A DNA stretch of 64,000 nt from a virus (IMGVR_UViG_3300032224_000809:1-64000), one strand, 5' to 3'; counted from the first letter of the stretch, positions 1-7,152 are shown. Program-made: numbers and translations. The notes: generated from the letters alone by a model not told the origin.

Positions 1-131
1 ATCAGCAAATCCCCAATCCTCAAAACTGTTAAAAGTATTAACTGCGGATAGTGCGTCTGAGTAACGCCCTGTCCAATGTACGGGCTTGCTGTCATACGAT
101 ACTGTTACTGCGTATAGGTATTCATTTTCCA

Positions 132-284
132 TTAGTCGTTCTCCTTAGTGATAAATAATTGGTGAGGGTTACAATCGCAATTCTCTGTATCATAGTCTAT
201 ACCATTTCCAAAGAATAGCCAACCTGTGCCAAAGCATAGGTCGCAAGAAATTATTTCTGAGTATAACTCTTTCATCTTTCCCAT
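132..284 (-). CDS. small Cys-rich (CxxCxGxG...CDCNPH) early protein, 50 aa
   Basis: Manual translation MGKMKELYSEIISCDLCFGTG...CDCNPHQLFITKEND; paralogous to 2310..2465. Confidence 0.65.
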   Translation of the reverse strand: MGKMKELYSEIISCDLCFGTGWLFFGNGIDYDTENCDCNPHQLFITKEND

Positions 285-286
285 TA

Positions 287-496
287 TTATTCACCAACCT
301 TTACTGCGACAGTCGCATACTTATTTCGCAAGCCACGAGTATTTATTTCTACTAGATAGGCTTCTGTATTTTCTCCATACCAAATTGCTGGGTGAGCAGG
401 TTGGGCTGATACAATTACGCCCTCAAAGTGGCGAGTGCGTGAGCGATAGTTTTGACCAATTAGTAGGTCTGGTATTGTGTATAGTTTAGTAGCCAT
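287..496 (-). CDS. hypothetical early protein, 69 aa
   Basis: ORF track; RBS AAGAGG and promoter at 529-554 upstream. Confidence 0.7.
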   Translation of the reverse strand: MATKLYTIPDLLIGQNYRSRTRHFEGVIVSAQPAHPAIWYGENTEAYLVEINTRGLRNKYATVAVKVGE

Positions 497-528
497 TAGG
501 CAACCTCTTTCTTTTTGTTGATAATTCT

Positions 529-554
529 ATCCTACCATAGGGGACTGACATTTT
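529..554 (-). promoter_or_regulatory. leftward promoter, AAATGTCAG-N7-TGnTAnnnT class
   Basis: Minus strand reads AAAATGTCAG tccccta TGGTAGGAT; same geometry at 1632-1657 and 2868-2892. Confidence 0.65.
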
Positions 555-611
555 CGGTTAGACACGCCGTAGGTAAATAGACTTTCTTTATTTATTTTTT
601 CTTACTCTGTA

Positions 612-640
612 AGTCTATCTGATTACTCTAAAAATATCAA
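612..640 (-). promoter_or_regulatory. leftward sigma70-type promoter
   Basis: TTGATA-17 bp-TAGACT on the minus strand. Confidence 0.6.
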
Positions 641-681
641 CTTACTAGCCAGTAATCTTAAATAATGAGACGCTCAAAGGA

Positions 682-697
682 TGTGAGAAAAATCACA
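682..697. promoter_or_regulatory. CRP/GlxR-like site TGTGA-N6-TCACA
   Basis: TGTGAgaaaaaTCACA, perfect consensus; one of about 8 copies in 680-3180. Confidence 0.6.
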
Positions 698-737
698 CAG
701 TACGTAAACAAAAGCGACACGCCCGACAGCGCCGAGG

Positions 738-776
738 AAAATTTTGAGCAGTTTTAGATCTTGCTCAGGATTTTTT
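738..776. terminator. probable bidirectional intrinsic terminator
   Basis: ttttgagca...tgctcagga stem flanked by A and T runs, just downstream of the leftward ORF chain. Confidence 0.45.
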
Positions 777-779
777 GCG

Positions 780-941
780 TTAGGACTTCTGGGATTTAGT
801 TCGTGTTGCCCTTAATGCAATTTGTAGTCTGCGAATTTCTTTATGCTGTTCAATATTTTGTTTCCAAAATAAACACATCATTGTTAAAGACCCCACAAGT
901 GCAATTACAATTGCGATTAGTGTTCCAGTATCTAAAATCAT
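780..941 (-). CDS. small membrane protein, 53 aa
   Basis: Manual translation MILDTGTLIAIVIALAGSLTMMCLFWKQ...; one hydrophobic helix and a basic tail. Confidence 0.6.
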   Translation of the reverse strand: MILDTGTLIAIVIALVGSLTMMCLFWKQNIEQHKEIRRLQIALRATRTKSQKS

Positions 942-1138
942 TTACTCATCTCCAATTCTTTATAGCAAGCAAGCGCAAATTTAGTTGCGTCAAATCTTGG
1001 GTTATCAGTTTCAAACATTAAAGAAAATTCATCTACCAAATCAGCAAATAGCATTTCTCCTTGCTCATCAAAAATAGATGTAGCAAAATAGTTGCTAAGG
1101 ATTTCAGCAGTAGCAATGTAGTCTTTTCGTGTCATCAT
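938..1138 (-). CDS. hypothetical early protein (MTRKDY...DNPRFD type)
   Basis: ORF track 938..1195; the likely start is the TAATG-coupled ATG at 1138. Confidence 0.7.
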   Translation of the reverse strand: MMTRKDYIATAEILSNYFATSIFDEQGEMLFADLVDEFSLMFETDNPRFDATKFALACYKELEMSK

Positions 1139-1290
1139 TAGGCAGACACCAAACTTTCTGAAATCATTAAGTAAGCAGTTGCACAAACATAGCAAAACTT
1201 TTCTGTTGGTATTCCACCCAGCATAAAAGCGTCTACGCCTGAATAAACTAAGTTAGTATTTTCGCAATTCATTACTGCACAAGTTTTCAT
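1138..1290 (-). CDS. small Cys-containing protein, 50 aa
   Basis: Manual translation MKTCAVMNCENT...FCYVCATAY; TAATG overlaps on both sides. Confidence 0.6.
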   Translation of the reverse strand: MKTCAVMNCENTNLVYSGVDAFMLGGIPTEKFCYVCATAYLMISESLVSA

Positions 1291-1412
1291 TAGATAGCAC
1301 CTTCCTGAAATAAACCAATTTCAATGTCTAGTAATTCTTGAGGGGTAGCCTCAGATAAATCAACCCAACCAGCACCCTGTTCATTAAGGCGAAAGATTTC
1401 AATGTATCCCAT
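1290..1412 (-). CDS. small acidic protein, 40 aa
   Basis: Manual translation MGYIEIFRLNEQGAGWVDLSEATPQELLDIEIGLFQEGAI; TAATG overlaps. Confidence 0.6.
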   Translation of the reverse strand: MGYIEIFRLNEQGAGWVDLSEATPQELLDIEIGLFQEGAI

Positions 1413-1597
1413 TACAGAACCGCCTTTCCTCTAATTGTTCCACGAACGCTAAGAGCGTCGCAAGACATTTTAACAGAAACACCAACAGGCAGTTGGTCTG
1501 CGTAAGTGTTTATGAATTGAGCAACCGCACCTTTAGAAGGTAGAGCGATTTTTTTTGTAGAACCATTAAAGGTTTCTAGTGTTATAGTGTAAGTCAT
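1412..1597 (-). CDS. hypothetical early protein, probable paralog of 3788..3976
   Basis: ATG at 1597 with GAAAGGA RBS; shared pattern TL.T..G.TK...FI..Y...L..G..V. Confidence 0.7.
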   Translation of the reverse strand: MTYTITLETFNGSTKKIALPSKGAVAQFINTYADQLPVGVSVKMSCDALSVRGTIRGKAVL

Positions 1598-1631
1598 TTT
1601 TAGACTTCCTTTCGTTTTTAGTGATAAGACT

Positions 1632-1657
1632 ATCTTACCATTAGGGGCTGACATTTT
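1632..1657 (-). promoter_or_regulatory. leftward promoter, AAATGTCAG-N7-TGnTAnnnT class
   Basis: Minus strand AAAATGTCAG cccctaa TGGTAAGAT. Confidence 0.65.
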
Positions 1658-1663
1658 GGCTAC

Positions 1664-1715
1664 TTATTTGCTAAGGCTCACTGTGATACTAGTCACATTT
1701 ATTTGCTTAGGCTCA
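1664..1715 (-). repeat. paired TGAGCCT(T/A)AGCAAATAA boxes in an untranslated leader
   Basis: Two 17-nt copies (1664-1680, 1699-1715); homologous pairs at 3116-3165 and 3296-3351 on +. Confidence 0.75.
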
Positions 1716-1755
1716 TTAGCCAATTTGTCCTTTATTTAGTTTTTCTTATGTAGTA

Positions 1756-1784
1756 AGACTATCACACATACCCTGAAAAGTCAA
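1756..1784 (-). promoter_or_regulatory. leftward sigma70-type promoter
   Basis: TTGACT-17 bp-TAGTCT with extended TG. Confidence 0.7.
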
Positions 1785-1816
1785 GGCGACACGCCGTAGG
1801 CGTTGTGTGATTTACA

Positions 1817-1921
1817 TCACTTTTTTAGAGATTCAGCGTAGGCTGGGTCTGATACGCTTTCAGCGCCAAACTCCTCATAGATTTCTAGATAAATTTCATC
1901 ATAGTATTCGTTATAGTCCAT
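1817..1921 (-). CDS. small acidic peptide, 34 aa
   Basis: MDYNEYYDEIYLEIYEEFGAESVSDPAYAESLKK with AAAGGAG RBS and its own promoter. Confidence 0.6.
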   Translation of the reverse strand: MDYNEYYDEIYLEIYEEFGAESVSDPAYAESLKK

Positions 1922-1970
1922 TTGGACTCCTTTCAATTTGAGAACCTTTCTCAATTTTCTTTATACGAGA

Positions 1971-1999
1971 AGTATAGCATAGATAAGCCCAAAAGTCAA
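1971..1999 (-). promoter_or_regulatory. leftward sigma70-type promoter
   Basis: TTGACT-17 bp-TATACT with extended TG. Confidence 0.75.
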
Positions 2000-2065
2000 A
2001 TTTAGACACGCACAAAACGGACATTTTCAATGTGATTTACACCACAAAATCGCCCGAGGATTTTT

Positions 2066-2167
2066 TTACTCTTTTACGAATAAAATAAATCCCCAAGTTA
2101 AACAGATCATTGAAAACCAAAACAATGCGTTACCACTTACGAAAAAAGTTTGATAAAAAGAATTCAT
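2066..2167 (-). CDS. small membrane peptide, 33 aa
   Basis: MNSFYQTFFVSGNALFWFSMICLTWGFIFIRKE, follows the 2170 ORF. Confidence 0.5.
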   Translation of the reverse strand: MNSFYQTFFVSGNALFWFSMICLTWGFILFVKE

Positions 2168-2169
2168 TT

Positions 2170-2310
2170 TTATTTTTCCTCAATCTCTGCAACATAGACA
2201 GTGCTTCTATCTATGTTTCCGTGTTTTAATTTAAAATCAAATTCGTTAATTGCTTCATCATAGTTATCAGCAACGATGTCAATAAAAGTTGTAAATTCAA
2301 AAACTGGCAT
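2170..2310 (-). CDS. hypothetical protein, 46 aa
   Basis: ORF track; ATG at 2310 with GGAGG RBS and TAATG coupling. Confidence 0.65.
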   Translation of the reverse strand: MPVFEFTTFIDIVADNYDEAINEFDFKLKHGNIDRSTVYVAEIEEK

Positions 2311-2465
2311 TACGCAAACACCTCCATGCTTACATGATGAGGGTTGCAATCGCACCACTCAAAATCAAAGTCTCCATCTTGTGAAACCCATGCGTCAGTA
2401 ATTCCCTCACCTCCGCAGATTTCACAGTTAAGAACTGTGTCAATTAGTTGTTTCATGTATGACAT
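2310..2465 (-). CDS. small Cys-rich (CxxCxGxG...CDCNPH) protein, 51 aa
   Basis: Manual translation MSYMKQLIDTVLNCEICGGEG...WCDCNPHHVSMEVFA; paralog of 132..284. Confidence 0.65.
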   Translation of the reverse strand: MSYMKQLIDTVLNCEICGGEGITDAWVSQDGDFDFEWCDCNPHHVSMEVFA

Positions 2466-2635
2466 TATTTAACTCCTTCAAATAATTCTTTACACTTGTT
2501 AGGATTTTCCCACCAAGTAAATCCCTCATGGTAGAGAGCAGGTGCTTTAACTACCTGACCGCAAGGGCATAAATTCATGTACCCTGTAGGGTAGTTATTT
2601 ACTGTAGCCATAGGCTCAAATATTCTATTAGTCAT
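2465..2635 (-). CDS. hypothetical protein (CPCG motif)
   Basis: ORF track; likely start at the coupled ATG 2635. Confidence 0.6.
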   Translation of the reverse strand: MTNRIFEPMATVNNYPTGYMNLCPCGQVVKAPALYHEGFTWWENPNKCKELFEGVK

Positions 2636-2817
2636 TATTTGGAAACCATCCAATCTGACCAACCGCTTAAGCGGTCAGAGTCATAGTCCATATACCATGA
2701 CTCTATATTGTTTTCACATACTTCGCAGAATGTGTAGCATACATCATTATGAAATGACTTAGCAGATTTATTAGGTGTATGTGTTTTACATACTTCGATT
2801 ATTACATTTGAATTCAT
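2635..2817 (-). CDS. small Cys/His-rich protein, 60 aa
   Basis: ORF track; CxxH...CxxC; AAAGGA RBS; promoter at 2868-2892. Confidence 0.65.
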   Translation of the reverse strand: MNSNVIIEVCKTHTPNKSAKSFHNDVCYTFCEVCENNIESWYMDYDSDRLSGWSDWMVSK

Positions 2818-2867
2818 TTGAATTCCTTTCTAGTTCAATCACCTTGATTGACTTTCTTTATACTGTA

Positions 2868-2892
2868 AGTATAGCAGGGGGGTCTGACATTT
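2868..2892 (-). promoter_or_regulatory. leftward promoter, AAATGTCAG-N7-TGnTAnnnT class
   Basis: Minus strand AAATGTCAG acccccc TGCTATACT. Confidence 0.65.
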
Positions 2893-2943
2893 AGGGGGGT
2901 ACAATACGGACATTACGGACAAAAGGGATTGTGACTTACATCA

Positions 2944-2994
2944 TGTGGATAACTTGAGCGTGAATTAGGGGTGTGATGTGTATCATGTGGATAA
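2944..2994. promoter_or_regulatory. two consensus DnaA boxes (TGTGGATAA = rc TTATCCACA)
   Basis: Exact 9-mers at 2944-2952 and 2986-2994 between divergent promoters. Confidence 0.6.
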
Positions 2995-3048
2995 CCCCGA
3001 GGATCGGGCCGTGTGATGCGAATCACATACTAGATACGGCGTGTCGTC

Positions 3049-3077
3049 TTGACTTTTTGACATTTCTTTGCTATACT
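3049..3077 (+). promoter_or_regulatory. rightward sigma70-type promoter
   Basis: TTGACT-17 bp-TATACT with extended TG; GTGTC motif and TGTGA-N6-TCACA (3012-3027) upstream. Confidence 0.75.
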
Positions 3078-3115
3078 TCTAGTATAAGAAAATTAAATAG
3101 TGTTAAAAAGGTTAA

Positions 3116-3351
3116 TGAGCCTACCAAATAAGTCGAACAACTGTTCGAATGAGCGTAGCAAATAAGTGACCTAAATCACATAGCGTGAGCGTCTCAATAT
3201 CTGAGAATACTAGAAAGTAACTTGATATTTTTGACATTATCTGCTAAACTTACATAGTAAGAAAAATTAAATAAGGAAAAATCCTAGTGAGCCTCTGAGC
3301 CTACCAAATAAACCTAGCAATAGGGTGAGCGTAGCAAATAAGAGCAAATAA
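3116..3351 (+). repeat. TGAGC(C/G)TA(C/G)CAAATAA boxes, two pairs plus a partial copy
   Basis: Copies at 3116, 3150, 3296, 3326 and a partial at 3342. Confidence 0.8.
3222..3250 (+). promoter_or_regulatory. rightward sigma70-type promoter
   Basis: TTGATA-17 bp-TAAACT with extended TG. Confidence 0.65.
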
Positions 3352-3407
3352 CCTAGGTCAGCAAAAAGGTTAAAAGGTTTAGCCGAATTAAAAGAAAGGT
3401 TCATCAA

Positions 3408-3587
3408 ATGAACACTATATATAACGAAATAGCAGAAGAGTTTGGCTCATCTGCACTATCTATCAATAACCCTACTAACTATGCATTGACATTACGCCAA
3501 TGCGCCATACTAAACAATAAGTATGGTTTCGATAAGGCTAAGGTTATCGTTGAGCGATACATGGCTCTATCTAAGGTAGGTAAATAA
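3408..3587 (+). CDS. hypothetical protein, 59 aa
   Basis: Manual translation MNTIYNEIAEEFGSSALS...; GAAAGG RBS. Confidence 0.6.
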   Translation: MNTIYNEIAEEFGSSALSINNPTNYALTLRQCAILNNKYGFDKAKVIVERYMALSKVGK

Positions 3588-3787
3588 ATGATTATCTATA
3601 TATGCGACTCATGCGATACACTCGCCACAGTTATCCATGCGGATAACACAATAACAATTAACTCATGCAAATGTACTAAGGAGAATAACAAATGAGAATT
3701 ATATTTATTACAGTATGCCTATATGTAGCATATATTACATATCAAAATATAGCAGGGTATCTATCACAAAAGAAAGCAGATAAATAA

Positions 3788-3976
3788 ATGATTAAAGCAA
3801 CATTAACAAGTACATCAGGTACTACTAAAGAGATGAAATTCAATACTAAAGAACATCTATTAGAGTTCATTGAATTGTATAAGGCTACACTACATCAGGG
3901 CACAGCCGTGTGTATTGATGCACCATTGGTGGGCATACACTCTGGTTGGATACAGGGTACTGGTACTAAAAAATAA
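3788..3976 (+). CDS. hypothetical early protein, 62 aa
   Basis: ORF track; similar to 1412..1597. Confidence 0.7.
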   Translation: MIKATLTSTSGTTKEMKFNTKEHLLEFIELYKATLHQGTAVCIDAPLVGIHSGWIQGTGTKK

Positions 3977-3990
3977 ATAAGATCAATTAA

Positions 3991-4030
3991 GGTAGTGCAT
4001 CTATTATGGGCGCACTATCTTTTTTCTTTT
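3991..4030 (+). terminator. intrinsic terminator of the rightward early operon
   Basis: ggtagtgc/gcactatc stem followed by a long T run. Confidence 0.7.
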
Positions 4031-4094
4031 TATTTTTTAATTATACGTATCATACATCTGAACAAGATTTTCAGATTTGTGGTAAAATGGATCC

Positions 4095-4289
4095 ATGGGA
4101 ATTTTAGACAATCTAGAAAATGCCTGGGACTTCCCAGAACCAGAGAACCTGGCTGTAAAATTATTTTCAGAAACCTGCTGCTCAGGATGTACTTGTCAGC
4201 GGGAGTCAAAGGCTATTCCAGAAACAGACGCTATGGGCAGAGAAATCTTCTGGCTAGACATAGGTCGTAAATCCGAGGGGGATCAATAA
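4095..4289 (+). CDS. hypothetical protein (CCxxCxC), leaderless
   Basis: ORF track; TGGTAAAAT just upstream of the ATG. Confidence 0.6.
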   Translation: MGILDNLENAWDFPEPENLAVKLFSETCCSGCTCQRESKAIPETDAMGREIFWLDIGRKSEGDQ

Positions 4290-4465
4290 TGTCAGACAAT
4301 GAACTAACAACAGAACAACAAGCAATCATCATCGTAGAGAAACTATCTGCTGGTTTGAGAACACAGATTGCCAACGAAGTAGAGTTAGAGTTCCATGATA
4401 TCGATCATGATCTTGCTCATGCTATTGGTCAATTTATTCGTGAGGGTAAGCCTACCATCGCTTAG
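4289..4465 (+). CDS. hypothetical protein, 58 aa
   Basis: Manual translation MSDNELTTEQQAIIIVEKL...; TAATG coupling. Confidence 0.55.
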   Translation: MSDNELTTEQQAIIIVEKLSAGLRTQIANEVELEFHDIDHDLAHAIGQFIREGKPTIA

Positions 4466-4658
4466 GATGTTTATCGGTTTTATAAGACCTATATATCTGA
4501 AAATCGTTTAACGCTTGAATAATAATTTTTCGATCAACATTGCACATCTTGGCTAAGTCGTCAATAGATTTATTGTTGTCAACATATTGTTTTTCAAGCC
4601 AAGCCTTATCTTTATGGTTTGACATTACATGTTTTCGTGAGAAATACGATCTCTCCAA
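4452..4658 (-). CDS. small helix-turn-helix protein
   Basis: KAWLEKQYVDNNKSIDDLAKMCNVDRKIIIQAL pattern typical of small phage HTH proteins. Confidence 0.55.
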   Translation of the reverse strand: MERSYFSRKHVMSNHKDKAWLEKQYVDNNKSIDDLAKMCNVDRKIIIQALNDFQIYRSYKTDKHPKRW

Positions 4659-4770
4659 TATTTTTCAGAATTCTTACGTTCTTCTGCAAGTTTAATAATA
4701 TCTTCTTGTGTATCATCAGACCAAGCCTCAATATCGCAATTCATTAAATAAGGTCTAAAAGTTTCGGGGA

Positions 4771-4968
4771 TCAATTGATCACTCCATTTGCTTTGAGCGT
4801 ATCATACAACATACCATTAACAAAAACCATCTGCTCTCTGGCTGCAGCAATATACTGTTCTACTTGCTCAGAGTCGATTCCTTGCTGTTCTGCTTGGTAG
4901 CGATTAAATTCATCTACCGTACTTGTCATAAGTTCTACTGCTTCTGTTCTATCCATTTTGCTCTCCAA
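4771..4968 (-). CDS. hypothetical protein
   Basis: ORF track; part of a leftward chain. Confidence 0.6.
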   Translation of the reverse strand: MESKMDRTEAVELMTSTVDEFNRYQAEQQGIDSEQVEQYIAAAREQMVFVNGMLYDTLKANGVIN

Positions 4969-5203
4969 TTGGTTCGTAGTGTGTTGGTTCTAAATTTGTA
5001 AATGGCCATGGGTAATATGAAAAACCTAATTGCTCTGAAGCAATCTTATTTGCCATAAGTGTGATATCTGGATCAGCAGCAGCGATCATAGGTACAGTTG
5101 CTCCATTATTGGCCATATCTGCCTTCATACGGTTTGAAAGATCTTGAACTCTTTCAAAATATTGTATAACCTTAAGTCTGTGTTCTTCTGGAATACTTGC
5201 CAT
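4949..5203 (-). CDS. hypothetical protein
   Basis: ORF track. Confidence 0.6.
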   Translation of the reverse strand: MASIPEEHRLKVIQYFERVQDLSNRMKADMANNGATVPMIAAADPDITLMANKIASEQLGFSYYPWPFTNLEPTHYEPIGEQNG

Positions 5204-5204
5204 G

Positions 5205-5408
5205 CTACCACTTCCCCTTTGGACATTTTGCTTGTGCTAACTGGGTTTTCAATTTCATGAAACATCCGCATTGAACACATCTCTTTGTCATGGGTCTGAA
5301 AAACTCACAACCCTTACATATATTATACCTTATCGCTGCTTCTTCTTCAGATGCACGAGGAGATCCATTAATCATATCCCAAGGCTTTACATCTTCGCTC
5401 ATTACCAA
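5205..5408 (-). CDS. Cys-rich putative metal-binding protein (DUF6171-like)
   Basis: R..IC..C...C..CGCF...K......CP.GKW motif. Confidence 0.65.
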   Translation of the reverse strand: MVMSEDVKPWDMINGSPRASEEEAAIRYNICKGCEFFRPMTKRCVQCGCFMKLKTQLAQAKCPKGKW

Positions 5409-6169
5409 TCTACCTCCTGATCATACGTTATTGAATATTCCCCGCCAAAAATCTCAGCATATGAAATTATATCTTTATTATACCTTATTAACGTGTTTAT
5501 GCCAACTTTGTCACACATATATTTCTTGCCAGTTACAAGCGGTTCAAATGCTACCCCTTGCTCTTCAAATGCCGTATTTAGGGTTTGTATATATCGATCT
5601 TTGCCATATCGCTTAGATGTGAAGGATTGCTGAATATAGTCAAACCTTGCTTGCACATCATTCTCTCTTGCAATGTCCGAATTGTCTGTAATATACTTTA
5701 CTGCAGGATGTTCCATCCGTTTTGACCAATTAATCATGTTAGCGCTGTAAGACTCCATATTCTTAAGAGTTGAATCAGCGTATGCCATGCGGATAAGGTC
5801 AGAGTCGGAGGTTTGAACCTCTGTTGCAAACGAAATTAAAAATGCAGTTGCATATGGAAACTTGTCGCTATATGTCGAGACGCCGAAGTGAACATTCGGA
5901 TTAAAAGACTCAACCGACATACAATCATTTAACAGTCGCATATGATTTCCAAGTGACACATAATTTTGACGATTCATATCGCAATCAACAAACAAACATT
6001 CATATGGATTTACGCCATCTGCCAAACAAAGAATGTTCTTATCATACGTGCCAACTATTTTTGAACCGTTAAAACGATTTAATAACTGCGCCGACACCAA
6101 ACCATCCATATCTGGAGATATAATAATTTGTTTTGAAAACGACAGAGTGTCAAGTATGCTTTGTTTCAT
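5402..6169 (-). CDS. DHH-phosphoesterase-like protein (divergent)
   Basis: N-terminal SPDMDGLVSA (DxDG motif I), FVDCD, and GNH where DHH is expected. Confidence 0.45.
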   Translation of the reverse strand: MKQSILDTLSFSKQIIISPDMDGLVSAQLLNRFNGSKIVGTYDKNILCLADGVNPYECLFVDCDMNRQNYVSLGNHMRLLNDCMSVESFNPNVHFGVSTYSDKFPYATAFLISFATEVQTSDSDLIRMAYADSTLKNMESYSANMINWSKRMEHPAVKYITDNSDIARENDVQARFDYIQQSFTSKRYGKDRYIQTLNTAFEEQGVAFEPLVTGKKYMCDKVGINTLIRYNKDIISYAEIFGGEYSITYDQEVDW

Positions 6170-6202
6170 ATTTTTGAAAACACCCCTTATAATAATACAG
6201 TT

Positions 6203-6469
6203 ATGACAATTCAAGATTGGGCAGCCCTTGCCGTTTCCGTACTTTCAATTGTAGCAGTTCTTGCTGGTGCAATCAAGTGGCTCGTCAAACATTATCTCGT
6301 CGAACTTAAACCGAATTCTGGATCATCGATGAAAGACCAAATTTCAAGATTAGAAAACGCTTTGGACGAACAGAGAATTGATTCTATAAAATCTAGAGAT
6401 CGCCAAGAAAAGAAACTTGACGATATGTATAAAATTTTAATTGAGCATATTGAAAAACTTAATAAATAA
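6203..6469 (+). CDS. single-TM membrane protein, possibly holin or lysis associated
   Basis: N-terminal hydrophobic helix, PNSGSSMKD motif, coiled-coil tail. Confidence 0.55.
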   Translation: MTIQDWAALAVSVLSIVAVLAGAIKWLVKHYLVELKPNSGSSMKDQISRLENALDEQRIDSIKSRDRQEKKLDDMYKILIEHIEKLNK

Positions 6470-6668
6470 TTTGCTATATACTATATATAAGATATCTTCT
6501 ATATACAAACCTTAAAGATAGTTCTTTTCTCTTATATATATTTAAGTATACACTATCGCAATCCTGGCATAAAAGACTTATGGTAACAAAACGGACATTG
6601 TCAATTGTAACAATCTGGTAAACTTTAATATCATGTCTGTATTGTCCGTTTTATGGTATAATTTTAAA

Positions 6669-6720
6669 GACTAATACCTTGGTTGTCTTATACCCACCAC
6701 CTTGGTATTAGTCATTTTTT
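6669..6720 (+). ncRNA. candidate small hairpin RNA
   Basis: TGGTATAAT at 6654-6662, then a perfect 10-bp stem gactaatacc/ggtattagtc and a T run; no ORF. Confidence 0.4.
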
Positions 6721-6738
6721 ATGGTATAATCAAGTATT

Positions 6739-7152
6739 ATGAACTCCTCTTCTTATGGCCCTGAAATTTTTGGAGCAGACCCTGTAAATATTAAATGGTC
6801 TGTGGTTAGAGGAGATACATCCTCAATCACTGTTAGTTTTTTGCAAGATGATGAGGTTACCCCATATAATATCACTACTTGGGATTTTATTTCAACAGCA
6901 TATGAGAAGTCAACTGACCTAGTTGATATTTTAACTGTCACTAAGCCAGCCCCTGGAACTATTACTATTTCAGCACCTGCCTCTACAACTAAAGACTGGG
7001 GAACAGGTCGGGGATCGAAAGTTGGAGAATTAATGTTTGATCTTCAAGTAACAATTAATGGATCAACAGATGCTCTAGATGTTATCTGGACCCCCCTTAT
7101 TGGAACTATATCAGTAATTGGTGATATCACATATACTGGAGGATCTCTTTAA
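6739..7152 (+). CDS. virion structural protein, BppU-N/Ig-like family (paralog of 7975 and 13825)
   Basis: RGDT...FDLQ...GTISVIGDIT pattern. Confidence 0.6.
   Translation: MNSSSYGPEIFGADPVNIKWSVVRGDTSSITVSFLQDDEVTPYNITTWDFISTAYEKSTDLVDILTVTKPAPGTITISAPASTTKDWGTGRGSKVGELMFDLQVTINGSTDALDVIWTPLIGTISVIGDITYTGGSL

Noticed and set aside
1664-3351. Repeats read as a mini-CRISPR array
   Set aside because: Repeats are only 16-17 nt, occur in pairs with 14-18-nt spacers, and no cas genes are present
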